A stretch of 64,000 bases of DNA from an uncultured candidate division Zixibacteria bacterium (GTDB taxonomy: Bacteria; Zixibacteria; MSB-5A5; UBA10806). Every line of letters starts with the position of its first letter. Within the stretch, counting starts at the first letter, position 1. Position numbers and translations under genes: made by a program. Below, in pieces: positions 1 to 8,698 of this stretch. The notes under the pieces were generated by a model. That model was not told the DNA's origin. It saw only the letters and a program-made list of their open reading frames with translations, and ran no database searches. The stretch lies in the NCBI GenBank assembly GCA_963801605.1, contig CAWDFP010000006.1:1824001-1888000 (forward strand), given 5' to 3'.

Positions 1-2
1 CG

Positions 3-284
3 CAACCGGGTCAATATAAACCGAGAGTCTGCTCTCAATGCGGCAAATGCCAGGAGATTTGTCCGGAGAACGCCATATACCGGCGCGACGATGGAGCCTA
101 CATCGTAGTTAAGGAAAAATGCACCAATTGCGGTGAATGTATTGCAGTCTGCGCTCCGAAAGTGATATTTCAGCATAAAGATATCGATTATGTCATTATT
201 TGCGATAATTGTTTCAAATGTACTGAACTTTGCAACACAGGTGCGTTAACAATATTCACCAGGCCTGTCAGGGAGACAATATAA
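3..284 (+). CDS. 4Fe-4S dicluster protein (AOR-associated Fe-S subunit), 5'-truncated by window edge
   Basis: Own translation of frame 3: ...VCSQCGKCQEICPENAI...CTNCGECIAVCAP...CDNCFKCTELCNTGAL...; its TAA overlaps the AOR ATG (TAATG at 282-286). Confidence 0.9.
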   Translation, partial: QPGQYKPRVCSQCGKCQEICPENAIYRRDDGAYIVVKEKCTNCGECIAVCAPKVIFQHKDIDYVIICDNCFKCTELCNTGALTIFTRPVRETI

Positions 285-2203
285 TGGCAAATGGGCTGGC
301 GGGAACAACGCTGAGGATCAATCTATCAACTGGTGATATCAAGAGATATCCCACCGACGAAAAGCTGATGCGGGAATGGTTTGGAGGACGGGGGGCAATC
401 GCCAAAATTCTATATGATGAAGTCCCTCGCGATGCTGATCCATTGGGACCCGAGAACCTGTTTATTATGACAGCCGGTCCGATGAGCGGAGCGTTTATTC
501 CCGGCGGTGCAAAAATATCGTTTGGTTCCATTTCGCCATTAACCAATGGTCATGGTGATTCCAATATGGGCGGCCATCTCGGTCCGACTCTAAAATTTGC
601 CGGATACGATATGGTGATATTTTCCGGTATCTCTCCTAAACCGGTCTATCTATATATCGATGATGATAAAGTTGAGATTCGGGATGCCTCCAAATATTGG
701 GGGATAGGATCGTTAGATTGCGAGCCATTACTTAAAAAGGATTTAGGCGAGGATTTCGAGATCGCAACAATTGGGCCATCAGGGGAGAATGGTATTCGAT
801 TTTCATGCATCACTCACGATTTTGGCCGTCAGGCAGGACGGACCGGGCAGGGCGCCGTCATGGGTTCGAAAAAGCTCAAGGCCATTGCAGTCCGAGGAAC
901 TAAAGACCTCAAAGTGTACGATCTCAATAAGCTTACCGAACTGGTCACGGCGATTATTCTGCGAACCAAAGTCCATCCCAATATGGAACCGTGGCAAAAA
1001 TACGGCACGGCATTTTTCATTGACTGGTCGAATAAAAACGCGGTTATACCAACCCGAAATTTCCAGACTACTTATTATGAAAGTATCAGCGGTATCGATG
1101 GCGAACAGCTGGTGCAAAAATGCTTAATAACGCACAAGGCTTGTTTCGGCTGTTGGATGAATTGCGGTAAATATACCAAGGCTGTTATTCCGGGCAAGGA
1201 TACGGTTTATCTCGAAGGGCCAGAATATGAGACCGGTTCACTCTGCGGCTCCAATCTGGGAATGACCGAAATCAACCAGGTCGCTTATATCAATTGGCTC
1301 ATGGATAATGTCGGCATGGATACCATGTCGGGCGGCGGAGTGGTTGCATTCGGGATGGAATGTTTTCAGCGAGGCTTGATTACAAAGGATGATCTCGAAG
1401 GGCATTCGCTCAACTGGGGTTCCGTTGAGGATGTCGAACATTTTGTGGATATGATAGTTCATCGCCGCGGCATAGGCGAGTATTTTTCGGGCGGCACCAA
1501 ACGTGCAGCGGAATATATCGGACATAACAGCGAAAAGTTCGCCATGCAGGTTAAGGGGCAGGAGATGTCGGGCTATGATGGCCGTTACGCTCCGGGGATG
1601 ATGCTTTCGTATATGACCTGTGATATTGGCGCCCATCACAACCGCTCCTGGACCATCACAGTTGACATGGCTGAGGGGCAGGATAAGATTGAGGGCCGGG
1701 CCAAGGTTGTGGTTTATTTACAGCATATCAGGCCTCTATTCGACTGCTGGTGCATCTGCCGTTTGTTCTGGGGCGAGCTCGATATCGAACCTGAGGAGAT
1801 CGTATCAGCGTTAAATTATGTTACCGGCTGGAATATCGATGCCGCCGAGGCGTTTAAAACCTCTGAAAAGATTTGGAATTTAGTACGATGCCATTACCTC
1901 GAACGCAATAATGCCAACGGTCGCAAATTCGATTATCCGCCTGCCCGCGCCTGGGAAGATAAGATTCCGACAGGACCTAACGAAGGAAAAGGACTGACGT
2001 GGGAACAGATCGAGGGCATGCTTGATGACTACTATGCATGTCGAGGTTGGGATAATAATGGTAACCCCACCCGCGAGGTGTTGCACGACTTAAAACTTGA
2101 TTTCGCCGCTGATGACCTTGAAAAGATCGGGCTTTTGGGCAAACCGCTTGCCAACGGCATTCCAGTGGTACGCGGTGAAAGATATAAGCCAAAGGCGTTT
2201 TAA
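284..2203 (+). CDS. aor: Aldehyde:ferredoxin oxidoreductase family (tungstopterin) protein
   Basis: MANGLAGTTLRINLS start, GGRG, SPLT, GRTGQGAVMGSKKLKAI, CFGCWMNC, EGPEYET, LDDYYACRGWD motifs; ATG 284 preferred over the ORF-track TTG. Confidence 0.93.
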   Translation: MANGLAGTTLRINLSTGDIKRYPTDEKLMREWFGGRGAIAKILYDEVPRDADPLGPENLFIMTAGPMSGAFIPGGAKISFGSISPLTNGHGDSNMGGHLGPTLKFAGYDMVIFSGISPKPVYLYIDDDKVEIRDASKYWGIGSLDCEPLLKKDLGEDFEIATIGPSGENGIRFSCITHDFGRQAGRTGQGAVMGSKKLKAIAVRGTKDLKVYDLNKLTELVTAIILRTKVHPNMEPWQKYGTAFFIDWSNKNAVIPTRNFQTTYYESISGIDGEQLVQKCLITHKACFGCWMNCGKYTKAVIPGKDTVYLEGPEYETGSLCGSNLGMTEINQVAYINWLMDNVGMDTMSGGGVVAFGMECFQRGLITKDDLEGHSLNWGSVEDVEHFVDMIVHRRGIGEYFSGGTKRAAEYIGHNSEKFAMQVKGQEMSGYDGRYAPGMMLSYMTCDIGAHHNRSWTITVDMAEGQDKIEGRAKVVVYLQHIRPLFDCWCICRLFWGELDIEPEEIVSALNYVTGWNIDAAEAFKTSEKIWNLVRCHYLERNNANGRKFDYPPARAWEDKIPTGPNEGKGLTWEQIEGMLDDYYACRGWDNNGNPTREVLHDLKLDFAADDLEKIGLLGKPLANGIPVVRGERYKPKAF

Positions 2204-2205
2204 AT

Positions 2206-2445
2206 ATGCAGATATTCCTTAAATCTGGCGGGCAGCTTCGGGCGATGCTAAAGCCTGATGTTGATTACTATACACGCAAAGTCGAAGTGGAATCGGGCAA
2301 AACTATGGGGGAGATATTGAAATCGATCTCGCTCGATCCTGCTTATGTGGCTTTCATATATGTCGATGGCAAGATAAAAGATTTCAACTTTATACCATCC
2401 GATGGCCAGATAATCACTCTTCAACCGCCCGTATCAGGCGGCTAA
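2206..2445 (+). CDS. MoaD/ThiS-family ubiquitin-like sulfur carrier
   Basis: 79 aa ending PPVSGG; lies between AOR and a MoeB-like gene. Confidence 0.9.
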   Translation: MQIFLKSGGQLRAMLKPDVDYYTRKVEVESGKTMGEILKSISLDPAYVAFIYVDGKIKDFNFIPSDGQIITLQPPVSGG

Positions 2446-2454
2446 TACTTCAAA

Positions 2455-3180
2455 ATGCCTATCTCTAATTCTGAGCTTAAAAGATACCACCGTCAACTTC
2501 TAATTGAGGATTGGGATCAGGATAAACTCAGAAATGCGACTGTCGTGGTTGTAGGTTTGGGGGGGCTGGGAAGCGTCAGCTCGACATATCTGGCTGCAGC
2601 CGGCGTTGGTAATCTTAGAATTTGCGATAGCGATATTGTCGAATTATCCAATCTCAACCGTCAGATTTTATTTTCAACTGAAGATATCGGAAAGGCCAAA
2701 GCCATACAGGCCGCGAAACGGCTTTCGACCTTAAATCCGGATATAAAAATTGAGCCAATTTCTGATAAACTTACCGTAAATAATGTTGGGGAAATCGTTT
2801 CGGGTTGTGATCTTATTATAGACGGCCTCGATAATCATGCTGATAGGTTAACCTTAAATCGAGCCTCATACAATTTTAAAATTCCACTTATTTACGGGGC
2901 AATTAACGAATGGCAGGGACAGGTAGGTTTCTTCAATCCACCTGATTCGCCCTGCCTGGCTTGTATTATGCCCGGCGATTTTAAGAGCCCAAAACCTATC
3001 CCGGTCTTTGGAGCTTTACCGGGAAGCATCGGGACTATTCAAGCCACTCTGGCATTGGAATATCTTATAAGGGGAGAAACCCCTTTATCGGGAAAGCTAC
3101 TGATTTATCATGCCGATAGGATGACATTTGATACGGTAGTTCTTGAAAAGAAAATCGGCTGCCGCGTATGCGGTGTGTAA
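2455..3180 (+). CDS. MoeB/ThiF/HesA-family adenylyltransferase (E1-like)
   Basis: RYHRQ, GLGGLG, DIVELSNLNRQ, PCLAC and C-terminal CRVC motifs. Confidence 0.93.
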   Translation: MPISNSELKRYHRQLLIEDWDQDKLRNATVVVVGLGGLGSVSSTYLAAAGVGNLRICDSDIVELSNLNRQILFSTEDIGKAKAIQAAKRLSTLNPDIKIEPISDKLTVNNVGEIVSGCDLIIDGLDNHADRLTLNRASYNFKIPLIYGAINEWQGQVGFFNPPDSPCLACIMPGDFKSPKPIPVFGALPGSIGTIQATLALEYLIRGETPLSGKLLIYHADRMTFDTVVLEKKIGCRVCGV

Positions 3181-3245
3181 AGAATTTTCAGAATTTTCCT
3201 TATAAAACCTGCCTATAATTCATTTTTATTGTAGAAGAATTGCAT

Positions 3246-3275
3246 AAAAAAAGACCGGCGATTTCCGCCGGTCTT
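3246..3275 (-). terminator. Intrinsic terminator for the minus-strand gene pair
   Basis: AAGACCGGCG-atttc-CGCCGGTCTT stem (3251-3275) preceded by an A-run, which is the U-tail on the minus strand. Confidence 0.8.
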
Positions 3276-3331
3276 GTCGTGGTAGGTTACGTGGGACGGC
3301 CGTTAACGGGCCGTTCGACGCGGTTGATTAA

Positions 3332-3772
3332 TTAACTTATTCCATTAATCGGGCCGGAAACGTGCGTATTTTCCTTGTGAATCTGAACCTTATCGACGAT
3401 GACCATTGTCGGAAGACCGCAGCGGGAACCAGGGGTCGGGCTGAGTGTTCCATGGACATCGACAACAATGCCGTTTCTCAACGGAATGGATGGCTCAGTG
3501 ATGAACTGGAGTTCAACCACATTATCTTTGGTAATGGTCAAAGTTGTGCAGTTGACGCGATCTCTAAAATAAACACCTGTAAATACAACAAATCCCGGGC
3601 TGTTAATAACGGGGGCTTGAGTATCGGGGGTTACGATCCGGTTAACATCGGACCCATTTGGCATATTCAGGTTTTCAGTTAACGGCGATGTGGTACGGCT
3701 TCCGTTTGAACATCCGATAGCTACAATCATGATTGCGATTGTGCACAGTGCCAGAATTGATTTGGCTTTCAT
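3332..3772 (-). CDS. Hypothetical lipoprotein
   Basis: AGGAGG RBS before ATG 3772; MKAKSILALCTIAIMIVAIG-C signal with lipobox-like Cys. Confidence 0.75.
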   Translation of the reverse strand: MKAKSILALCTIAIMIVAIGCSNGSRTTSPLTENLNMPNGSDVNRIVTPDTQAPVINSPGFVVFTGVYFRDRVNCTTLTITKDNVVELQFITEPSIPLRNGIVVDVHGTLSPTPGSRCGLPTMVIVDKVQIHKENTHVSGPINGIS

Positions 3773-3821
3773 TTGATTCCTCCTAATGTTTGGTTGAGTT
3801 TTCATATTACCTTTTCAATTA

Positions 3822-4040
3822 TTATTCGTTTACCGGTTCAATCGTCAGGCTTGATTCTCCAACCTTGTGCAAGCCTATCATTCTCTCCGTTAAAAAGGTT
3901 TGGGATGAAATCCACTGATGTGACATCTCTAAGACCTGCTCCTGGCTGACTTCGTCTATCCAATCAAGTACAATCGTATCAATTGTTTTCCCGTTGACAT
4001 CAAGATTTTCCATATTTAGCGTGAACTTCATTTTCATCAT
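3822..4040 (-). CDS. Small acidic hypothetical protein (~72 aa)
   Basis: G-rich RBS before ATG 4040; co-oriented and closely spaced with the lipoprotein gene; protein-like composition. Confidence 0.75.
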   Translation of the reverse strand: MMKMKFTLNMENLDVNGKTIDTIVLDWIDEVSQEQVLEMSHQWISSQTFLTERMIGLHKVGESSLTIEPVNE

Positions 4041-4073
4041 TCCCCCCAAGCTGTTTTCACCGACATTATCTTA

Positions 4074-4141
4074 TTCAAAGCCCGTGCCGTAAGCGCAAGG
4101 GACCTGAAACATGTTTCAGCGTAACTCTTAACATCTTGATA
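4074..4141 (-). promoter_or_regulatory. Sigma54-like -24/-12 element plus IHF site
   Basis: Minus strand CGGCACG-GGCT-TTGAA (4089-4074; GG-N10-GA, imperfect at -12) and exact WATCAAN4TTR match TATCAAGATGTTA (4141-4129). Confidence 0.55.
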
Positions 4142-4388
4142 TATAGTGGTTTAAATAGTGAAACATGGATAAAGTCGGTAGCTGCTAAAAGGGGTATACA
4201 ATCTACTTAGATATGGGGTTGTTCCCATAGCTCTTGGTCTTTCCCCATGCCAAATCTTAAATATTGGTATCCAATCTGAGATGGCAAGCGCCCATAATTT
4301 GCTTGATTGTTAGTGTAGTTGAGATATATTAAGATAAATAGCGAAATGCGGTGACTTCAACCGGATTCGGCTCAATAAATAAATCAAG

Positions 4389-6491
4389 ATGAGAGAGATG
4401 AGAAAAAAACTCGTTAGTGTTATTATCTTTGCCTGGCTTATCGCTACAGCCAATCTTGCCATCGCATTTACTCCATCCGGGCTGCTCGAAATTCATTATG
4501 TCAACGTGGGTTGGGGAACATCCGTGTTGGTAATAGGCCCTGATGGTACTCGCATGCTCATGGATGGTGGGCGAGACAACATGGGAGTCAGTCGTGTCAT
4601 CCCCTATATGGAATCGTTTAATCTTTTGCCATCAGATGGGCTGACCTATGTAGTTGCAAGTCACCTGCATTCAGATCATATCGCCGGCTTAACGGAAACA
4701 ATGAATGGGGGATATAACGTTTCTGGGGCGGTTTATTACAATGGAAGCGACAATAGCAATACTTACGTTACAGCGTTTCGCAATGCCGCTATAAATCACT
4801 CTCCGGGCGCAATAGTACCATTAGCCCTGGGAGCGGTTATCCAGCTCGGCGATAGTGCCACGGCGACCTGTGTCTGTGCCAACGGATATGTCATCGGTCA
4901 TGGATATGTGCCTGGATCGCATGACGATGAAAATGATCGCTCTTTAGGAATTCTGATCAAATATGGGCGTTTCGAATATTTATTTGCTGGCGATCTGGGA
5001 GGTGGCGAAGGAGATTATGCTTGCACCGGACGGTCAACCAGCCAGGTAAATGTCGAGACAAATCTGGCTCAGGCTATTATGCCCGGCGGCGAGCATCCAC
5101 TGCTGACCGTCGATGGAGTGGAAGTGCTGCACGTTAACCATCATGCCAGCGAAAGTTCAACCAATTCCGATTATATGAATTTATTGACACCAGCAATTGC
5201 CTGCATAGCCGTTGGTGCGGGACAGTCTCCCGATTATATGTTTCCTCGGCATGACGTTGTCAATAATGTGCTTCTGGCCGGTGGGTATTGTATTACAGCG
5301 CCTCCAGCAAAAGTTTTACAGAGCGAGGAGGGATATCCCAGCGGCAGCCTGACAAGTTTTTCGGGTTTCTGTGTTGGAGACATCAAGATTACCACATCAG
5401 GGGTAGCCAATTATACAATTACCGCCGACGGCCAGGTTACTGAGGGCCCGGACGAAAGAATCACTGCCGGATTACCACTCACACTTCCATTCGATGGTGT
5501 CCCGCCGGATAATGTACCTCCATTAGTTTCCGTGGTATCTCCTAACGGAGACGAGCAATGGGCTGCCGGAAGCTGGCATCTTATCACCTGGGACGCCTTT
5601 GATTCCGTTGGGGTAGCATCATACGCCCTTGATTTTTCGTCGAATAATGGAAATACCTGGACGAGTATACAACCGCGTACCGATGGCGATCCCCGTGTAT
5701 TCGGCTGGTCCTTGCCATCCGATACTTCGAGCAATTGCCGGATAAGAGTCACAGCCTGGGATGCCGCCAATAACTTTGCCAGTGACAGTTCATATAGTAC
5801 TTTTGCAATTATAATGTCGCAGGATACAATCGCCCCCAACGCGACCCTTCTCGTTCCAAATGGGGGAGAGACATTGTACTTTGGGGAAATCGATACTATC
5901 AGATGGCTGGCAACGGATAATGTGGGGGTCGCTTCATATTCGTTAAGCTACACTATCAATAATGGTGGAAGTTGGAATACTATTCAGCCTCGCACTCCCG
6001 GCAATCCTCAAATTTTTGAATGGATAGTCCCCACTGTCAGCACAAGCAACTGCAAAGTGAGAGTGAATGCCTGGGATGATGTTCAGCATTTAGCGTCGGA
6101 CATTTCCGATGCGCCTTTTGCGATTACCTATCGCGATAATCAGGGACCGACGGTCGACATTATCCTGCCGGATGGTGGCGAAGTTTGGAGCGTCGGTTCG
6201 CAGCGTTATATATTCTGGAGCGCTAGCGATACCAGCGGTGTTGATTCCGTTTCGCTGCAATATTCTGTTGATGCCGGCGCCAGTTGGCGTATCATCTTTC
6301 CCAATACCCATGATAATTCCGGTTTTTATCTTTGGAATATTCCGGATGCCCGATCCAGGGACGCTCTAATTCGTGCCGTTTGCATGGACACTCATGGCAA
6401 TGTCGGTTCCGGTTCTTCTCAAGCAGTATTCACTATCAGAAAATCCCCGGTAGTGGATCATAACGCCCGAATCGAGCCGTTGGTCAGATAG
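4389..6491 (+). CDS. Secreted ComEC-type metallo-beta-lactamase-fold hydrolase with three C-terminal Ig-like repeats
   Basis: Signal peptide; SHLHSDH, NDRS, AGDL, HHAS motifs; three ~105-aa repeats (PNGGE-type, start 5508, 5823, 6135). Confidence 0.85.
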   Translation: MREMRKKLVSVIIFAWLIATANLAIAFTPSGLLEIHYVNVGWGTSVLVIGPDGTRMLMDGGRDNMGVSRVIPYMESFNLLPSDGLTYVVASHLHSDHIAGLTETMNGGYNVSGAVYYNGSDNSNTYVTAFRNAAINHSPGAIVPLALGAVIQLGDSATATCVCANGYVIGHGYVPGSHDDENDRSLGILIKYGRFEYLFAGDLGGGEGDYACTGRSTSQVNVETNLAQAIMPGGEHPLLTVDGVEVLHVNHHASESSTNSDYMNLLTPAIACIAVGAGQSPDYMFPRHDVVNNVLLAGGYCITAPPAKVLQSEEGYPSGSLTSFSGFCVGDIKITTSGVANYTITADGQVTEGPDERITAGLPLTLPFDGVPPDNVPPLVSVVSPNGDEQWAAGSWHLITWDAFDSVGVASYALDFSSNNGNTWTSIQPRTDGDPRVFGWSLPSDTSSNCRIRVTAWDAANNFASDSSYSTFAIIMSQDTIAPNATLLVPNGGETLYFGEIDTIRWLATDNVGVASYSLSYTINNGGSWNTIQPRTPGNPQIFEWIVPTVSTSNCKVRVNAWDDVQHLASDISDAPFAITYRDNQGPTVDIILPDGGEVWSVGSQRYIFWSASDTSGVDSVSLQYSVDAGASWRIIFPNTHDNSGFYLWNIPDARSRDALIRAVCMDTHGNVGSGSSQAVFTIRKSPVVDHNARIEPLVR

Positions 6492-6524
6492 CAATCCTTT
6501 AAAATCCCTTAGAATCGCATACAA

Positions 6525-6667
6525 GCGCGGGTTCCGCCTTTTGTCCCGATGAAATCGGGACAAAAGAGAGATATCCGATTGGGTAATTAGTCGTCCCGAT
6601 TCTTAGGGGCGGAGGCCAATCGGATTTCCGCGTCCCGATCAAGGATCGGGACGGGCGGAACCCGCGC
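6525..6667. repeat. Multi-branched palindromic element (REP/MITE-like or structured RNA), copy A
   Basis: Perfect 14-bp terminal inverted repeat enclosing three stems; GTCCCGAT occurs three times. Confidence 0.75.
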
Positions 6668-6807
6668 GCCTTTGCTATTGGCGATCAATTCCTTTTGACG
6701 GAATTACCCGACGCCGGTTAATCAGATATGGTACTCTTTTTTAGGAACTACCTTAATTGATGGCGGGTTCAAATTTTGAAACGCGAAACTATTTTATAGG
6801 AGGAATC

Positions 6808-7338
6808 GTGAAATCGATAATGTGGTTATTTATGGCGGTAGCGACGATGCTTGTTGCGGGAACTGCGGCGGCTCAATTTAAGGTGGGCGATCAGGCTCCG
6901 GAATTTAAGCTTCCTTATGCGACTAAGGATACTATCATGTTTGACGGTATCAGCTCAAAGGATTTGGCCGGTAAGAGGTATTTATTGGCTTTTTATCCTG
7001 CCGATTGGTCGCCGGGCTGTACAAAGGAAGTATGCCGCTTCAGGGATACGATGTCAGATTTCGAAGCTCTAAAACTAACCGTACTGGGAGTGTCGGTCGA
7101 TAATCTTTTTAGCCATCGGCAATGGGCAATATATGATAACCTGAATTTCAAGCTGCTTTCCGACCAAACGCACAAACTCGGAAAGGCCATGGGTGTCTAT
7201 GATGAGGATCGAGGAGTATTTAAGCGTTCCGTTTTTGTAGTCGGCCCTGATGGTAAATTCGAATATATTAATTATAACTATTCGGTACAGGACGATAACG
7301 ATTTCAATGCATTGAAGAATGCCCTGGCAGCGAAATAG
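6808..7338 (+). CDS. Peroxiredoxin (AhpC/TSA, BCP-like) with signal peptide
   Basis: AGGAGG RBS before GTG 6808; APEFKL, FYPADWSPGCTKEVC, GVSVD, RSVFVV motifs. Confidence 0.88.
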   Translation: MKSIMWLFMAVATMLVAGTAAAQFKVGDQAPEFKLPYATKDTIMFDGISSKDLAGKRYLLAFYPADWSPGCTKEVCRFRDTMSDFEALKLTVLGVSVDNLFSHRQWAIYDNLNFKLLSDQTHKLGKAMGVYDEDRGVFKRSVFVVGPDGKFEYINYNYSVQDDNDFNALKNALAAK

Positions 7339-7341
7339 GGC

Positions 7342-8695
7342 TTATTCCGGTTCCGCAATATTGTACTTTTTCATTCTGTAGATAAGCACATGCCGCGGAA
7401 TTCCCAGGCGTGCGGCTGCTTTGCTCTGGTTCCATCCGGTGCTCTTGAGAGCCTCGGTAATAAGTTTGATTTCCGATGAGCTTAAAGCAGACTGGTTATC
7501 ATGAGTAACCAATTGATCTTTGCCCCCGTTATCGGTTTTAATAATCTCGGGTGGCAAATCGGATGGTGTAATTATTTTATCGTCGTTGAATATTATTACT
7601 CGCTTAATTACGTTCTCGAGCTCTCTAATATTACCCGGCCAGCGATATTGAGTTAGAAGCTCCAGAGCCTTGCGGTCGAGTGTCAATTCCCGATTGTTCG
7701 AAAACTTACGCATAAAATGATCGACTAACATAGGAATATCCTCGCGACGGTCTCTTAGCGGAGGGATATTTATGGGAATCACGTTTAGCCTGTAGAACAG
7801 ATCTTCGCGGAATTCGCCATTTTTTGTTTTGCCGGCTAAATCCTGATTGGTGGCAGCGATGACTCTGATATCCACGGCCATACTCCGATTGGACCCGACC
7901 GGCTCGACGACCTTTTCCTGCAAAACTCGCAGAAGCTTGGATTGCAGCTCGGGATGGAGGTCACCAATCTCATCCAGGAAATATGGTACCACCGTCAGCC
8001 AAAACAAATTTCCCCATCTTATCTTTCACCGCTCCCGTAAAAGCGCCAGTGACATGTCCAAAGAGTTCGCTTTCGAGAAGGTCCTTTGGGATTGCGGCGC
8101 AATTTACGGTGACTAACTGTCTGCGCGACCTGTCGCTCGATTGATGAATTGCCCTGGCTATAAGCTCCTTGCCGGTACCGGACTCTCCCGAAATCAGCAC
8201 CGTAGCGTCAGTAGCCGCTACCTTTTTTATGGTAGCGAAGATCTCCTGCATAGCCCGGGAGCTTCCAATGATTTCGGAAAATGCGTTTATGCCGTCGAGT
8301 TCGGTGCGCAACTTGAGATTCTCATCTTTGAGACGTTGAAATTCGAGTGCCTTTTCGATTGTCAGAAGCAACTCATCGCGATCAAACGGTTTGGTGATAT
8401 AATCGTAAGCTCCAAGTTTCATAGCCTCAACTGCTTTTTCAATAGTCCCAAAAGCGGTAATAAAAACGATTGGCAACTCCGGCTGGATTTTTTTGGCCTC
8501 GCCCATAAGTTCGATGCCGTTTAATCCGGGTAATTTCATGTCGCTTATTAAAAGGTGGAATTCCGTTTTGGGTAAAATCTGTAAAGCCTTCTCAGCGGTC
8601 TCGACGGCGGTAGTGTCATAGCCTTTTTGCTTTAAATTATATTCAACGATTCGTCTTTGGGATTCGTCGTCCTCAACTATTAATATTCGGCTCAT
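7342..8695 (-). CDS. NtrC-family sigma54-dependent response regulator; one frameshift at ~7980 (probable indel error)
   Basis: REC domain, [24 protein letters not shown] split across ORFs 7970..8698 and 7342..8007 by an extra T in a T-run; [11 protein letters not shown] and Fis-type HTH. Confidence 0.9.
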
Positions 8696-8698
8696 CAA

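Noticed and set aside
6525..6667. tRNA or CRISPR mini-array
   Set aside because: No T-loop/anticodon geometry or CCA; repeats are inverted and irregular with no spacers
6990..7040. Selenoprotein peroxiredoxin
   Set aside because: The active-site codon is TGT (Cys), not TGA
7970..8007. Split regulator as programmed frameshift or phase variation
   Set aside because: One extra T in a short run within the conserved Walker B region; the same pattern occurs in unrelated genes, so error is more likely
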